In this document: piece after piece, positions 37,618 to 48,764 of the stretch
How the letters are laid out: the number at the start of each line of letters is the position of its first letter
Numbering within the stretch: position 1 is the first letter of the stretch
Origin: Macrostomum lignano
Lineage: Eukaryota
NCBI GenBank assembly: GCA_002269645.1
Contig: NIVC01003343.1
Span: 1-64,000 of the forward strand
DNA: 64,000 bases
Direction of reading: 5' to 3'
Program-made: the position numbers and the translations under genes
The notes under the pieces: generated by a model
Databases searched by the model: none
What the model saw: only the letters and a program-made list of their open reading frames with translations
Told to the model about the DNA's origin: nothing

Positions 37618-40617
37618 ATGAAAATGTCGACGTCATCTGAAGCAATGGTAAGCGTTAAAACAACTGAGAGATACTTGTTAGTTAAATCAACAAGTTAACT
37701 TTTAAAGCATCAAAGTTAATTTCACATGGGCAAATTAATAGTATGGCAAATATTGTTCTTCAGATATACATGTATATACATTGCATGTGCATGTGCATGT
37801 ACATTTAATGTATTTTTTTATAACATCATGATCTACTTGAATGGATTTCGGTAAAGTGAATGTATTGGTATCTCTATTATTTAGCTATAATTATTTCCCG
37901 ATAAACGCAGGTTCGAGTTCGATTGCAGCACAGTCTGTCTAGCGAGTCAACGCAGACCTGCAACACAGAGGAATCTGGCACGTGCATAGACACGAACTGT
38001 CTGAACTTCAACGATGCCGAGAATCTGTACAAAACGAGCCGAATCCATGTGTGCAAAGTGAAGCTGTGCAGCGATTGGACTGAAGTAGGCCAATCATTAC
38101 CTACACTTCGCATTAATGAAACTCCTTACGTTGCAGTTAAGAAATTCTTAATTTCCTAGGAACGCTGCCAAAGCCTGTTTGAATGAGTACAGACTTCTCA
38201 AAGCGTGCAACCACGCTAACATAGTTTCAGCCTTTGGCATGCACTCCAGTCAGTGCTTGTACATCATGGAGGCCGGCGAGTTGAGCTTGTACAAATTGCT
38301 GCACTTCGAAACTGAGAAGCGCCAATTTCCAACGGACATTGAGGGCACTGGCAGAGAGGAACACTACAGCTTGGCTCACTGCCTGCGCTGGATGGTACAG
38401 CTGTCGGACGCTCTCAGCTACGTACATGCACGGCATCAAGCTGCTGCACCGGGACGTGAAGAGTGAAAACATTCTGATGTTCAACGGCAGCCTGGACTGC
38501 AAACTGTGCGACTTTGACTGCAGTAGGTACCTGCCTGACGACTGCAGCGGCCATGAATTAACGCCTGGAGTTGGTACCGAGCTGTGGAGGGCGCCAGAGG
38601 CTGTCAGCAGGTGCTACGAGTACAACAATAAATCCGACTGTTTCTCCCTTGGCGTGGTGATGTGCGAGGCTGTATTCCGTCTGACACCGCAGGAGCTGCG
38701 AAGTATGACGCCGTTTAGCTCACAGGAAGACTCAAAAGGACAGATTTGTGTAGATAAACACTGCATTGACATCGGTAAAACTCCGTTCAAATACGATGCT
38801 CACAAGCCTGTGTTGGACTCGATTCTTCTGATCTTGAACAACTTACTGACCTGCGACGCGACGAAGCGTACATCGGCGACGATGCTCAACTCCAAGCTAA
38901 CAGCTCTGATGAAGGAGAAACAGGTGTACCAGCCTAAACAACGAAGTGTTCATGCCAATAAAAGTGCCGTTCCGCTGCATCCGCATCAAGCTAGCGACGG
39001 TGCCAGCACCAGTCACAGCGGCAGCGCTATCGTAAGCAGCGTCTCCTTGAAAAGTCGCTGCGTATTCTACGAGTTCAGATTCAACTGCGATGACTCTGAC
39101 AGGTTGGACGAAGTGAAGGAACTATGCGACCATGTAGAGAAAGTGCTGAATGCTATTGACGATCGAACCAACAAGAGAGCCGATCCGAATGCCAAGTGTG
39201 ATAAAAAAGCAATTAGATAAATAGCATGCACGGTGAGCAATTATTTAGGCCCTAGACAAACCTACTTGGAGCGTCAGAGATTTTAAAGCTATTGATCCTA
39301 ATCGCCTATCGCCGGTCGGCGAGTTCTACCAGTCTTCTCCAATAGCCGCAGGTACAGTACAAGAAAAGAAAGAACACGAGGGAACGCGAACCGAAAGATT
39401 TAGAGAGTGATAATCCTATAAGAATAGCTAATAAACAATTGACTTGACGGTTTAATAACTAGTTAACTAGATAACTAGAGTTGACAAAACGACGATAACG
39501 GTTAATAATAATAATTAGATTACGCAACTGGCAAGCAGATCTCAGCTGAGAAGAAGAGGAAGAGGAACCGAACACGACCACGGAGAAGACTCCTAACCCC
39601 TGGCCTAAACCAGAACCTACTCTCAAACGAGAGCACTGCCGAATTGACCGTTCAACGGAGCACTGACTAAATTCTATCAGCGCTGCCCTTCAGTGTAACA
39701 CTGAGGCCCTCGGGGTCGAGGCCGCGTACTTGATCAGATCCGACAGTCTCTATCTAAACCGCGCTTGATAGCGACGACGTCAGACAAGGATGCCGAATCG
39801 TTACGCTACAAGACTAAAGCGGTTGGGCGGGGACAAAGTATGGACCGGGGATGACGAAATCAAAACGCCTCAAAGCGCGAACCAAAGGGAAACAGGCCAC
39901 CGGCCGGGAAGCTGGAACACAAACCAAAACCGGGGACGGAGCAGGAAAGAGAAGGCGAGATCCGATTGCCAAATACACTTTCATATACAGTCAGAGTCAA
40001 ACCCTCACAACCCCCCTCAAGCCGGGTGGTGGTCGTCTGGCCGGTCGCCCGTTAAGCTGATTTGCACTGTGCCCGCGGCGCCGGGTAGAACTGAAACTTG
40101 CCGCGTGCCATGGTCCAGGCCGGTTCTGATTGGCTGGCCGCGCAAAGCTGGGGTTCGCAGAAAAAAACTCAACCCTCCGCTGAGTCACAATTGGCGTCTG
40201 ACTTCTAACCTGTTTACAATTAGATTTTAACTAACAAGAAAAGTACACCAAAACGCATGACTAAACTAAAGCAAAATAATAATTCAATAACAATATAGAA
40301 ACTAATGCAGTCAATTTACAAACAAAATACACGCAAAGATGCTCACACTACACAAGTACAGCGCCAAGCACGCTTTTGAAGTTCTCGACGTTGGACGTGC
40401 GCCGACTAAAAGCAACAAAAACCGACTGGCGATGTGGATAGAGCACGAAATCGGTGACGAGGACTCGGAGATTTCGGAGAAGCTACGCCAGTACTGCCAG
40501 GACCGGAAAGAGCACGTCGATTGGCTGAGGAATCAGTTTAGTGAGGACAATAACGACCTACTGTCAATGAGGCTCAGTGTGGCGACGTGTGAGGTTAAAG
40601 TTGAAACTGAAAACTAG
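37618..40617 (+). pseudogene. Disrupted TAK1/TKL-like protein kinase (about 523 aa reconstructed); exon 37618-37647, then 37911-39196 + 40357-40617 split by a solo LTR
   Basis: VAVK, NHANIV, YSLAHCLRWMVQL (TAK1-like), HRDVKSENIL, KLCDFD, GTELWRAPE, KSDCFSLG. Two +1 frameshifts (about 38153 and 38422). Removing the LTR plus one CAAG TSD joins ...DPNAK to YSAKHAF... in frame. Confidence 0.8.
39197..40352 (-). mobile_element. Solo LTR (1156 bp), probably Gypsy-type, inserted in the kinase CDS
   Basis: Minus strand TGTAGTGTGAG...TTATCACA; exact 4-bp TSD CAAG at 39193-39196 and 40353-40356. Confidence 0.9.
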
Positions 40618-40959
40618 GACAGCATGTACTGTACATCGTATTACCAGAATGAAATTGGACTAGCCACTGAAAATTATCTGCACTAACACACTACTTAGAC
40701 TGAAAGTTCTTAAAAATGTACACGATGGCTTTGAAACTGCAGTAGCCTAAATATAAAGTTAAATTCATTCTGACTTCACTCACTCTGACTAGACTCGAAC
40801 TGATTCTTGGTTAAATTATTTTAAGACGCATTTCCTACTACTGCAGCTCGGTAAAACCTAAAAATAAGTCATTTTCAAAGTTGTCGGTTTTAAAGTTCAA
40901 TCAAATTTGCGTTTAGATCTACCAACCAGAGTGTCGGGCTTACTGACTGACTTACTGAA

Positions 40960-43020
40960 TTTAGCTGGGATATTAAACACACTGGTATCCAAAGCAGCTT
41001 AGATTAAAGAAACTGTGGTTACAGCTGAGAGTACTGGGATTACAGCATTAAACAACTGGTGTAGTGTGAGCATCTTTTGCGATAGCCTTGTATTCTATTA
41101 GTTAGGTTTTGCATTATTGTTATTGAATTGTTATTTTGCTTTAGTTTAGTCATGCGTTTTGGTGTACTTTTTTCTTGTTAGTTAGAATCTATTTTGCGTA
41201 AACAGGTTAGAAGTCAGACGCCATTTGTGACTCAGCGGAGGGTTGAGCTTTTGTCTGCGAACCCCAGCTTTGCGCGGCCAGCCAATCAGAACCGGCCTGG
41301 ACCCTGGCACGCGGCAAGTTCCAGTTCTACCCGGCGCCGCGGGCACAGTGCAAGTCGGCTTAGCGGGCGGCCGGCCAGACGACCACCACCCGGCTTGAGG
41401 GGGGTTTTGAGGGGTTGTGACTCTGACTATAAATGAAAGTGTGTTTGGCAATCGGATCTCACTTTTCCCCCTTCTTTCCCCGGTTCTTGGTTTTGTCCAG
41501 CTTCCCGGCCGGTGGCCTGTTTCCCTTTGATTCGCGCTTTGAGGCGTTCTGAATTCGTCATCCCCGGTCCATAGTTTTGTTCCCCGCCCGACCGCTTCAG
41601 TCTTGTAGCGTAACGATTCGGCATCCTTGTCTGACGTCGTCGCTATCAAGCGCGGTTTAGATAGAGACTGTCGGATCTGATCAAGTACGCGGCCTCGACC
41701 CCGAGGGCCTCAGTGTCACACTGAAAGGCAGTGCCGATAGAATTTAGTCAGTGCTCCGTTGAACGGTCGATTCGGCAGTGCTCTCGTTTGAGAGTAGGTT
41801 CTGGTTTAGGCCAGGGGTTAGGAGTCTTCTCCGTGGTCGTGTCCGGTTTTCTTCCTCTTCTTCTCAGCTGAGATCTGCTTGCCAGTTGCGTAATCTAATT
41901 ATTATTATTAACCGTTATCGTCGTTTTGTCAACTCTAGTTATCTAGTTAACTAGTTATTAAACCGTCAAGTCAATTGTTTATTAGCTATTCTTATAGGAT
42001 TATCACTCTCTAAATCTTTCGGTTCGCGTTCCCTCGTGTTCTTTCTTTTCTTGTACTGTACCTGCGGCTATTGGAGAAAGACTGGTAGAACTCGCCGACC
42101 GGCGATAGGCGATTAGGATTAATAGCTTTAAAATCTCTGACGCTCCAAGTAGGTTTGTCTAGGGCCTAAATAATTGCTCACCGTGCATGCTATTTATCTA
42201 ATTGCTTTTTTATCACACTGGGATTAAAACAACTGATATAAAAGCATCAAAACAACTAAGATTAAAGCATTAAAACAACTGGGATTAAAGCCACTGGGAT
42301 TAAAGCAACTGGGATTCAAGAAATCGGGATTAAAGCAACTGGGATTAAAGCAACTGGGATTAAAGAAACCGGGATTAAATCAACTGGTATTAAAGCAGCT
42401 GGGATTAAAGCAACTGGTATTAAAGCAGCTGGGAATAAAGCAACTGGGAATAAAGAAACTGGGATTAAAGCAACTGGGATTAAAGCAACTGGGATTAAAG
42501 CAACTGGGATTAAAGAAACCGGGATTAAAGCAACTGGGATTAAAGCAACTGGGATTAAAGCAACTGGTATTAAAGCAGCTGGGATTAAAGCAACTGATAT
42601 TAAAGCAGCTGGGATTAAAGCAACTGGGATTAAAGCATCTGGGATTAAAGCAACTGGGATTAAAACAGCTGGGATTAAAGCAAATGGGATTAAAGCATCT
42701 GGGATTAAAGCAACTGGGATTAAAGCAACTGGGATTAAAGCAGCTGGGATTAAAGCAACTGGGATTAAAGCAGCTGGGATTAAAGCAACTGGGATTAAAG
42801 CAGCTGGGATTAAAGCAACTGGGATTAAAACAGCTGGGATTAAAGCAAATGGGATTAAAGCATCTGGGATTAAAGCAACTGGGATTAAAGCAACTGGGAT
42901 TAAAGCAGCTGGGATTAAAGCAACTGGGATTAAAACAGCTGGGATTAAAGCAAATGGGATTAAAGCAGCTGAGATTAAATCACTAAAACAACTGGGATTA
43001 AAGCAATTAGATTAAAGCAT
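40960..43020. repeat. 15-bp satellite (GGGATTAAAGCAACT)n, interrupted by the solo LTR; main block 42218-43020
   Basis: Degenerate units at 40960-41059 continue after the LTR as a long regular array. Confidence 0.93.
41060..42217 (+). mobile_element. Solo LTR (1158 bp) of the same family, opposite orientation, inserted in a 15-bp satellite
   Basis: TGTAGTGTGAG...TTATCACA; exact 4-bp TSD CTGG at 41056-41059 and 42218-42221. Confidence 0.9.
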
Positions 43021-43095
43021 GATGGGGTTAGAGCAATGGGATTTAATCTATAGCCTTCATAGTTCAGAGTCGGTTCATCCAGTTTCACCAGCAGT

Positions 43096-43945
43096 TCAGC
43101 GCACCAGACCGAAGAAGTTGCGGATCTCAGCCTCGGTCATTGTGTCATTCATGACTGCCACCGCCTTTCAGCATTCGCAAGTCGCCATGTTGAAATCCGA
43201 GGGTGACAGACAGGTGCAGTTGGGATTGCTTGCTTCAGAATATGGCCCTGACACAGCTTCACCTGCTCTGGCGGCACGAAGCCTCCGTTGGAGAAAAATG
43301 TTTGGCTTGAAAGAGACGCCGACGTTACGCTGACTTCCACGAGCCGACGAAGCTGTTTCTTAGCCACGAGCCGACGAATTCGGGTCAAACGAGTTCGTTT
43401 CCGGTGCAGTTTTGTAAGTATAATAACTCAAAGCGACTCTGTGGAGGTACAGGCCTTGGATAGTCGGTGTGCCGTCCCAGAAGGTGTCTCCATCGATCTT
43501 GGTGGTGCAGTCGTGGCTGTCAAGAATTGCTGCTTGCTTGATCTCCCGCTTGAGCCTGACCAGCCACGATAATGGCAGCTGGTAGTTCGCGAACTCCACG
43601 TTCTCCAGCCACATCTTGGACGACACTCCGTCGAGCTTGCCTCCCTCGCTGCTCCACTCCACATTCTCCGACATCCACTGATGTGTCTGGCCACCTGCAG
43701 GCCGCTCGAGCCAGCCTCGTAGAGGCACTCGATGATTCCTCTCGAATTTTGAGCCGCCTGAACTGTCAGATTCTCAGGCAGGCACTGCGGGCTGCTCGAG
43801 CGGTGCCAGGAGCTCGGTCGGCAGGCTCTCGCAGTAGACCAGCTGGGCCAAACAGGCCGCTGCAAGCAGAACGGAGACTGGAGTAGCGATGAAGCTGAAT
43901 GATGAGAAGGATGAATAACAAAATTTGCCAAATGGGGAGGGCGCG
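43096..43945 (-). pseudogene. Frameshifted paralogue of the 7962-9062 PAN/LamG gene
   Basis: Across frames: WQILLFILLIIQL (vs WQLLALLIISFGQL), GIIECLYEA (vs SILDCLAEA), VEWSSEGGKLDGVSSKMWLEN...LSWLVRLKREIKQAAILDSHDC (vs VQLGKEGAKFDGVNSELLLTN...FSWLLRLKRKPGVQALVETMDC), ending AVMNDTMTEAEIRNFFGLVR*. Confidence 0.7.
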
Positions 43946-46145
43946 GCCGCGCCGCTCCGCGTATGCTCTGGTGGCGCAGAGCTGCGAAACTGACAGCGCA
44001 TTGTGCCGCTTTTTGAGTCCCCCCAGCAGAGCTGCCTCAAACACTGTCGCATATTTTTTTGATTCAAGCATCATCGAGCTTCAAGCTGCTTTTGTTTTTC
44101 CTTTCGTGCAATTGTTTTTTTATGTAAAATTTTCTGCTTCTATCGAAAAGAAGCGCTTGAATGAACCATCTGCTGTCATTCTAGACATTTTGAGACGGGG
44201 ACTGCTCAATATCAGGCACCGGAAACAAGCTTTTTTAGGCGCGAAAAAATCTACACTCTACTTCTCACCAAGGACCACTAGTAGATAACTACTTAAGTAG
44301 TCCGTGCTTCTCACCTTCAACCGCAAGCGACGTACGTGTCGCCTCTTTTCGGTAGGGTGTCGGTTTTAAATGTCGCTGAGTGTAGTGTACGCTTTATAAG
44401 TCTGATAATTTTAATTTAAACATTTTTCACAACTGCTTTGAGGAAGTGCATGTATTCTAAATTTAAGTATCCAGATGAAAACATTTGCAGTTTGTAGACT
44501 GCTCAGATGAAGTAGAAAAGACAGGAGAGGTGAGAGGGGAGAGGAGAGAAGAAAAAGAGACACAAACTTTGATTTTTATTGTAAAGTATCAAAAGACCCT
44601 AGGACCGGAGTTTGCTGAGCCTTAAGGTAAAACAATTGCTTTCGTGTTTATCTTTAATCATTTCTAAGACCTTTCTAAGAAAGAGCTGGTCGTATCAGTT
44701 TAAAGGTACATGCGCCGTAGGGCCGAACTAACTTATATAAATCACTCTCATAACTAAATAACTGATATCTACGAGTATTGCGCTGGTCCAGACTTTAACT
44801 GTAAGAGCACAAATAAATCCGCCAGCTTAAAGAAAAAAAAATTAATTAAGTCAATAAAAATGCCGCCTGCTTTTTGATCTCACTGAGAATTTTTTCGCAC
44901 TTACAATATAAGACTAATTGAATGCTAAATTAATTATTTTAGTTATTTTTTGCTGTTGTAAATAAAAAGCTTGATTTATGTACAACTGGATGGATATAAT
45001 TAACAAACTTCTAATAGTAATTAAAAATGAATTAATTAAATTTAGTAACAGTAAGTGGCCTATATTTTCCGCAAAGTTGAAAAAAAACACACACAATTAA
45101 CAGAGTTGAATAGATGGGAAACTACAAAGCGAATTACAATTTATAAAAAATGGTTTATATATATATGTGCGGATGCTTTCACCTTTGTTATAATAAAAGT
45201 TACTAATATCAAAACAAATAGAAACGAATTAAACATTTAAAACTGTACAAAACTACGGATATTATTTTAGGGCTACGATAAATTTATACGTTTAAGAGTA
45301 ATAGATATGATGCTGGTTGTTATGCACAAGCTACAATATTACTATAAGTAGGTCATTAATTAGCTAAAACAAATTAATGCATATATACAAGTTCAGTGAC
45401 TTAGTCAGAGACAGTGATAAGTGAATTATAGGTTAACAATTATACAATAAATATTAAAGTATGATATAATAAATTTAATGAACAAACTCATTTAAAAAAT
45501 ACAAAAAAAAACTTCAAGGCAGACGGGGATTTGGGATTTAGTCAGTGAGTACACTTGGTAGGTTAAAATGGCCAATAAGATAAAAAAGAATTGGTTAGAA
45601 AAAATAACAGAGAAAAAATTAAATTAAAAAAAACAAACAATGGGACTTAGCTGCCAAATCAAACATTTCAAGTCGAATAAAAAAGGACTAAAATAAAAAA
45701 TAAGTTAATGCCTGCACCTTGCTTACTTATAAGTAGCAGATCAATATATATAGTAATTAATTAAAAACAATATCAAAGGACGCAAGCACGCGTAAATTTA
45801 ATGAATCAGCTATTATTGACAACAATAACAATTGTTTATATATAGATAATTTATTATACACAAATGACTGCCTTTTGCGCAAAAGCTGCATATGCTCGCA
45901 CACACATGGATTTAGTGATAAGAAGAGATTAACAAGATAAATAATTTAGACAAAACAATGTATTTTTGATTTTTTTAATTAAAAAACGACCCAAACTTTG
46001 CTACTAAGAGTAGCATGCTTAAAAAAGAAGCATTAAAATTCCAAAAATTGGAAAATTAAGCGACAAAAAAGTTGCTAACAAAACTCGTGTCTTTCAGTTG
46101 GTTTTTAAAAAAAAATCAATCCGATGAATGAACCAATTTATTAGG

Positions 46146-48764
46146 CTAAGCCCGCTGATAGAATCTTGGCAGGAACCGGTTGGGCACCAGTTCGCAATAG
46201 CGAGTCCAGGCTAGGCCGTACTTAGCCGAGCAGTAAATCTCGTCACGCCTGGCTCGGTGCACCAGCAGCACAAGCAGGTAGGCTGGGTACAGCCAAGCCA
46301 ACGGCGCGTGAAACCCGGCAGCCAGGGACCAGGCAAACGCCATCACTAAGTCGCCAACAAAATTGGGATGACGGCACAGCGCCCAGCTGCCAGCGGCCAG
46401 TAGGTGACGGCCGCGAACACCGGTTGGCACGGTGCGACAGTTGGCAAACCGAGGCTGGTGCGGGTCGCGGCGGAATTCGTCTTTCATGTAGTTGGAGGCG
46501 CGGAAGATGAAGTAGCCTGCGGATAGGTGCAAAAGGTTGAGCAGTAAGTTTATCTATATATCTGAATTGACTTGCCTGGCTGCAGAAATGAAACGTTTAT
46601 AAAACCCTACAATTACAACAGGTGAAACCCTCAATTACAACAGTTGAAAACCTACAAGTACATCAGTTGAAGTCCCTACAGTTACAATAGGTGAAATTCC
46701 TACAACTACAACAGGTAAAACCCAACAACTACAACAGGTGAAAGCCTTCAATAACAGGTGAAACCCTTCAATAACAGGTGAAAACCTTCAATAACAGGTG
46801 AAGCCCTTTCAGTAACTGGTGAAACCTTTTAATAACAGGTGAAAACCTTCAATAACAGATAAAAACCTTCAATTCTACAGGTAAGTCTCAAAAAAGTGCA
46901 AAAACACAATGAACTCACCAAATAGGTTGATGAACAGGACACCAACAACGCAGTAAGCAGGCATGGTAGGCTGATTAGTAATCAGCTGCCTAGCGCTCAG
47001 ACTATAGAAGAAAGGCACCCAAGCCAGATTGCCGAACACCAGCATATAACCCAGTCCTTCGCGTTTAATATCGGTAGTAGTCAGAATCGATCGCTCAAAG
47101 AACAGCGCATCAGCTACGTAGATCAGATGCATAAAGGTCAGGGTAGCGAATGGCAATCCGATAATGCCGCCGTTAGCCTTGACCTGGAACATGAAAGCTA
47201 TATCCAGCAGCACCCAGCCAATCAGTCCTGGCCGCATCTCCAGAAAGAATTTCAAATCAATCCGACCGCCAAACAGACGCGGGTGCAGCTCCCGGCCCAT
47301 GAAGAATTCGTAGATGAAGTTGCACCGACCGCTAGCAGCCGAAGCTTTCATCGAGGAGGCAGCCTCGGCAGTCAGAGCCGAGTTCGGCACGCGCCTCGAA
47401 CGAGCATAGAGACCGATGGATAGCAGCAGGGAGAACAGGCTGGCACACACGGCTAGCCGAGTCAACTCAGAGCAGATGATGCTGCCAACTTTGATGCCAT
47501 ACCAATTAGCGCCAACTAAGGCTAGCATGGATACGATCAAGGCGAACAGGCCGTTGCAATGGTACAGGCCGCCCTCGTGTTGCACCCACCTAGAGAGGCG
47601 ATGGTTAAATATAATACCTGTTGAAAATAATACAATAACCAAGAAGCGCTAAAGACTCTTGCGACTTTTTTAACGATTGAGTTGTCGTCTGGAATCACTT
47701 CATAATAAATTTTGTATATTTTGCTTATTAGTAGTTAGAGCGTCGGGCTTTAAGGTTGGGGGTTCGATTCCCGATCTCACTGAAACAATTTGTGTCCTTG
47801 AGCAAGACTTAATACTTCAGTTTTACCCAGCTGTAAAATGGGTGCCAGAATTAGCTGGGGTAATTGAGGGTGTGTGTGGCGACCCTCCAGTCCTTGGACT
47901 GAACAGCCGTACGCAGCCTTCAGCAGCTGAGCTGTCGGTTGCACATCTGGCCTAACTGATACAGGTGTAATTAATAATTATTATTATCAATATGATAATA
48001 TATTTCCCATTATTGACTTACTTTCCACCAATAGGCAGGCTATACAGCACCAGCTGAGCCAGCACCCAGCCTCCATAGATCAGAGCCGAACGAACGCTAA
48101 ACAAATCGGCCAGCGCCAGACTACCAGTGCTGCCAAATAAAAATCGATTCGACCGGCTAAAGGTAAGCTTGCCATCGGACAGCAGACTCAGCCACACCAG
48201 CGACACTGGCAGGCCGACAGTCATCAGAGCCGAGCCAATCGCGCCGCCAAATTCTCGGCCACGCCGTCCAGATCGGGTGGCGGTCGTTGAAGAAGTCGGA
48301 GTCGATACTCCACCGCTTCTAGTAGCAGTTGAAGTGCCGGCCGCAGCAGACTTTGTTGGAGACGATGAAGGCGAGCCGGGGCTGTGATTCACAGCTCTAG
48401 CGGATGAGCGGCGTTGCCTAGCAACAGTTGGCGTAGGCGGACGAGCCGCAGTCTTTTTAGGCTGTTTAGCAGCTGACTGCGGTGTGGACGTGTTCGAAGC
48501 TGGAGAAGCGGCCGGCTTTCTAGATCGCGATGAGCTCCGGGAGCGCGGCTTCGGCTGTTGCTGCTTCTGCTGCTTCTGCTGCGGAGTCCTCTTTTTCTCT
48601 GGAGCAGCTCGAGTCTTCGAACTGCTACGCTGGCGAGGTTTAGCAGTCGGGCTGGCAGATTTCGATCGGGATTTGCTGGAACTGCGCGATCGCTGAGCAG
48701 CCTGCTTGCCAGCTGCTGGGCTGGACTTACGGCTGGCCCGTTTCGATGTAGCAGTTGCTGGCAT
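46146..48764 (-). CDS. LBR: Lamin B receptor / delta14-sterol reductase (ERG4/ERG24 family), 594 aa; exons 48764-48022, 47589-46919, 46516-46146
   Basis: Basic RS-rich N-terminus, then REFGGAIG, FFMGRELHPRL, DLKFFLEMRPGLIGW, GLGYMLVFGNLAWVPFFY, LLAAGSWALCRHPNFVGD, HRARRDE..C..KYG..W..YC..VP. Phases are compatible, total 1785 nt. The start codon is uncertain because the frame is open to 48866. Confidence 0.9.
46600..46872. repeat. 20-21-bp minisatellite in LBR intron 2
   Basis: AACAGGTGAAAACCTTCAAT-like units. Confidence 0.85.
47733..47955 (+). mobile_element. tRNA-derived CORE-like SINE, copy 3 (LBR intron 1)
   Basis: GGTTCGATTCCCG...TGTGTCCTTGAGCAAG...CCCAGCTGTAAAATGGGTGCCAG. Confidence 0.85.

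Noticed and set aside
39197-42217. Single foldback/DNA transposon with 1.1-kb TIRs carrying the 40339..40617 ORF
   Set aside because: Each arm has its own TG...CA ends and own 4-bp TSD, and the enclosed ORF is the in-frame continuation of the kinase.
42684-42986. (GLKQL)n ORF resembling a pentapeptide or leucine-rich repeat protein
   Set aside because: It is the 15-bp satellite, which extends beyond the ORF and is interrupted by an LTR.
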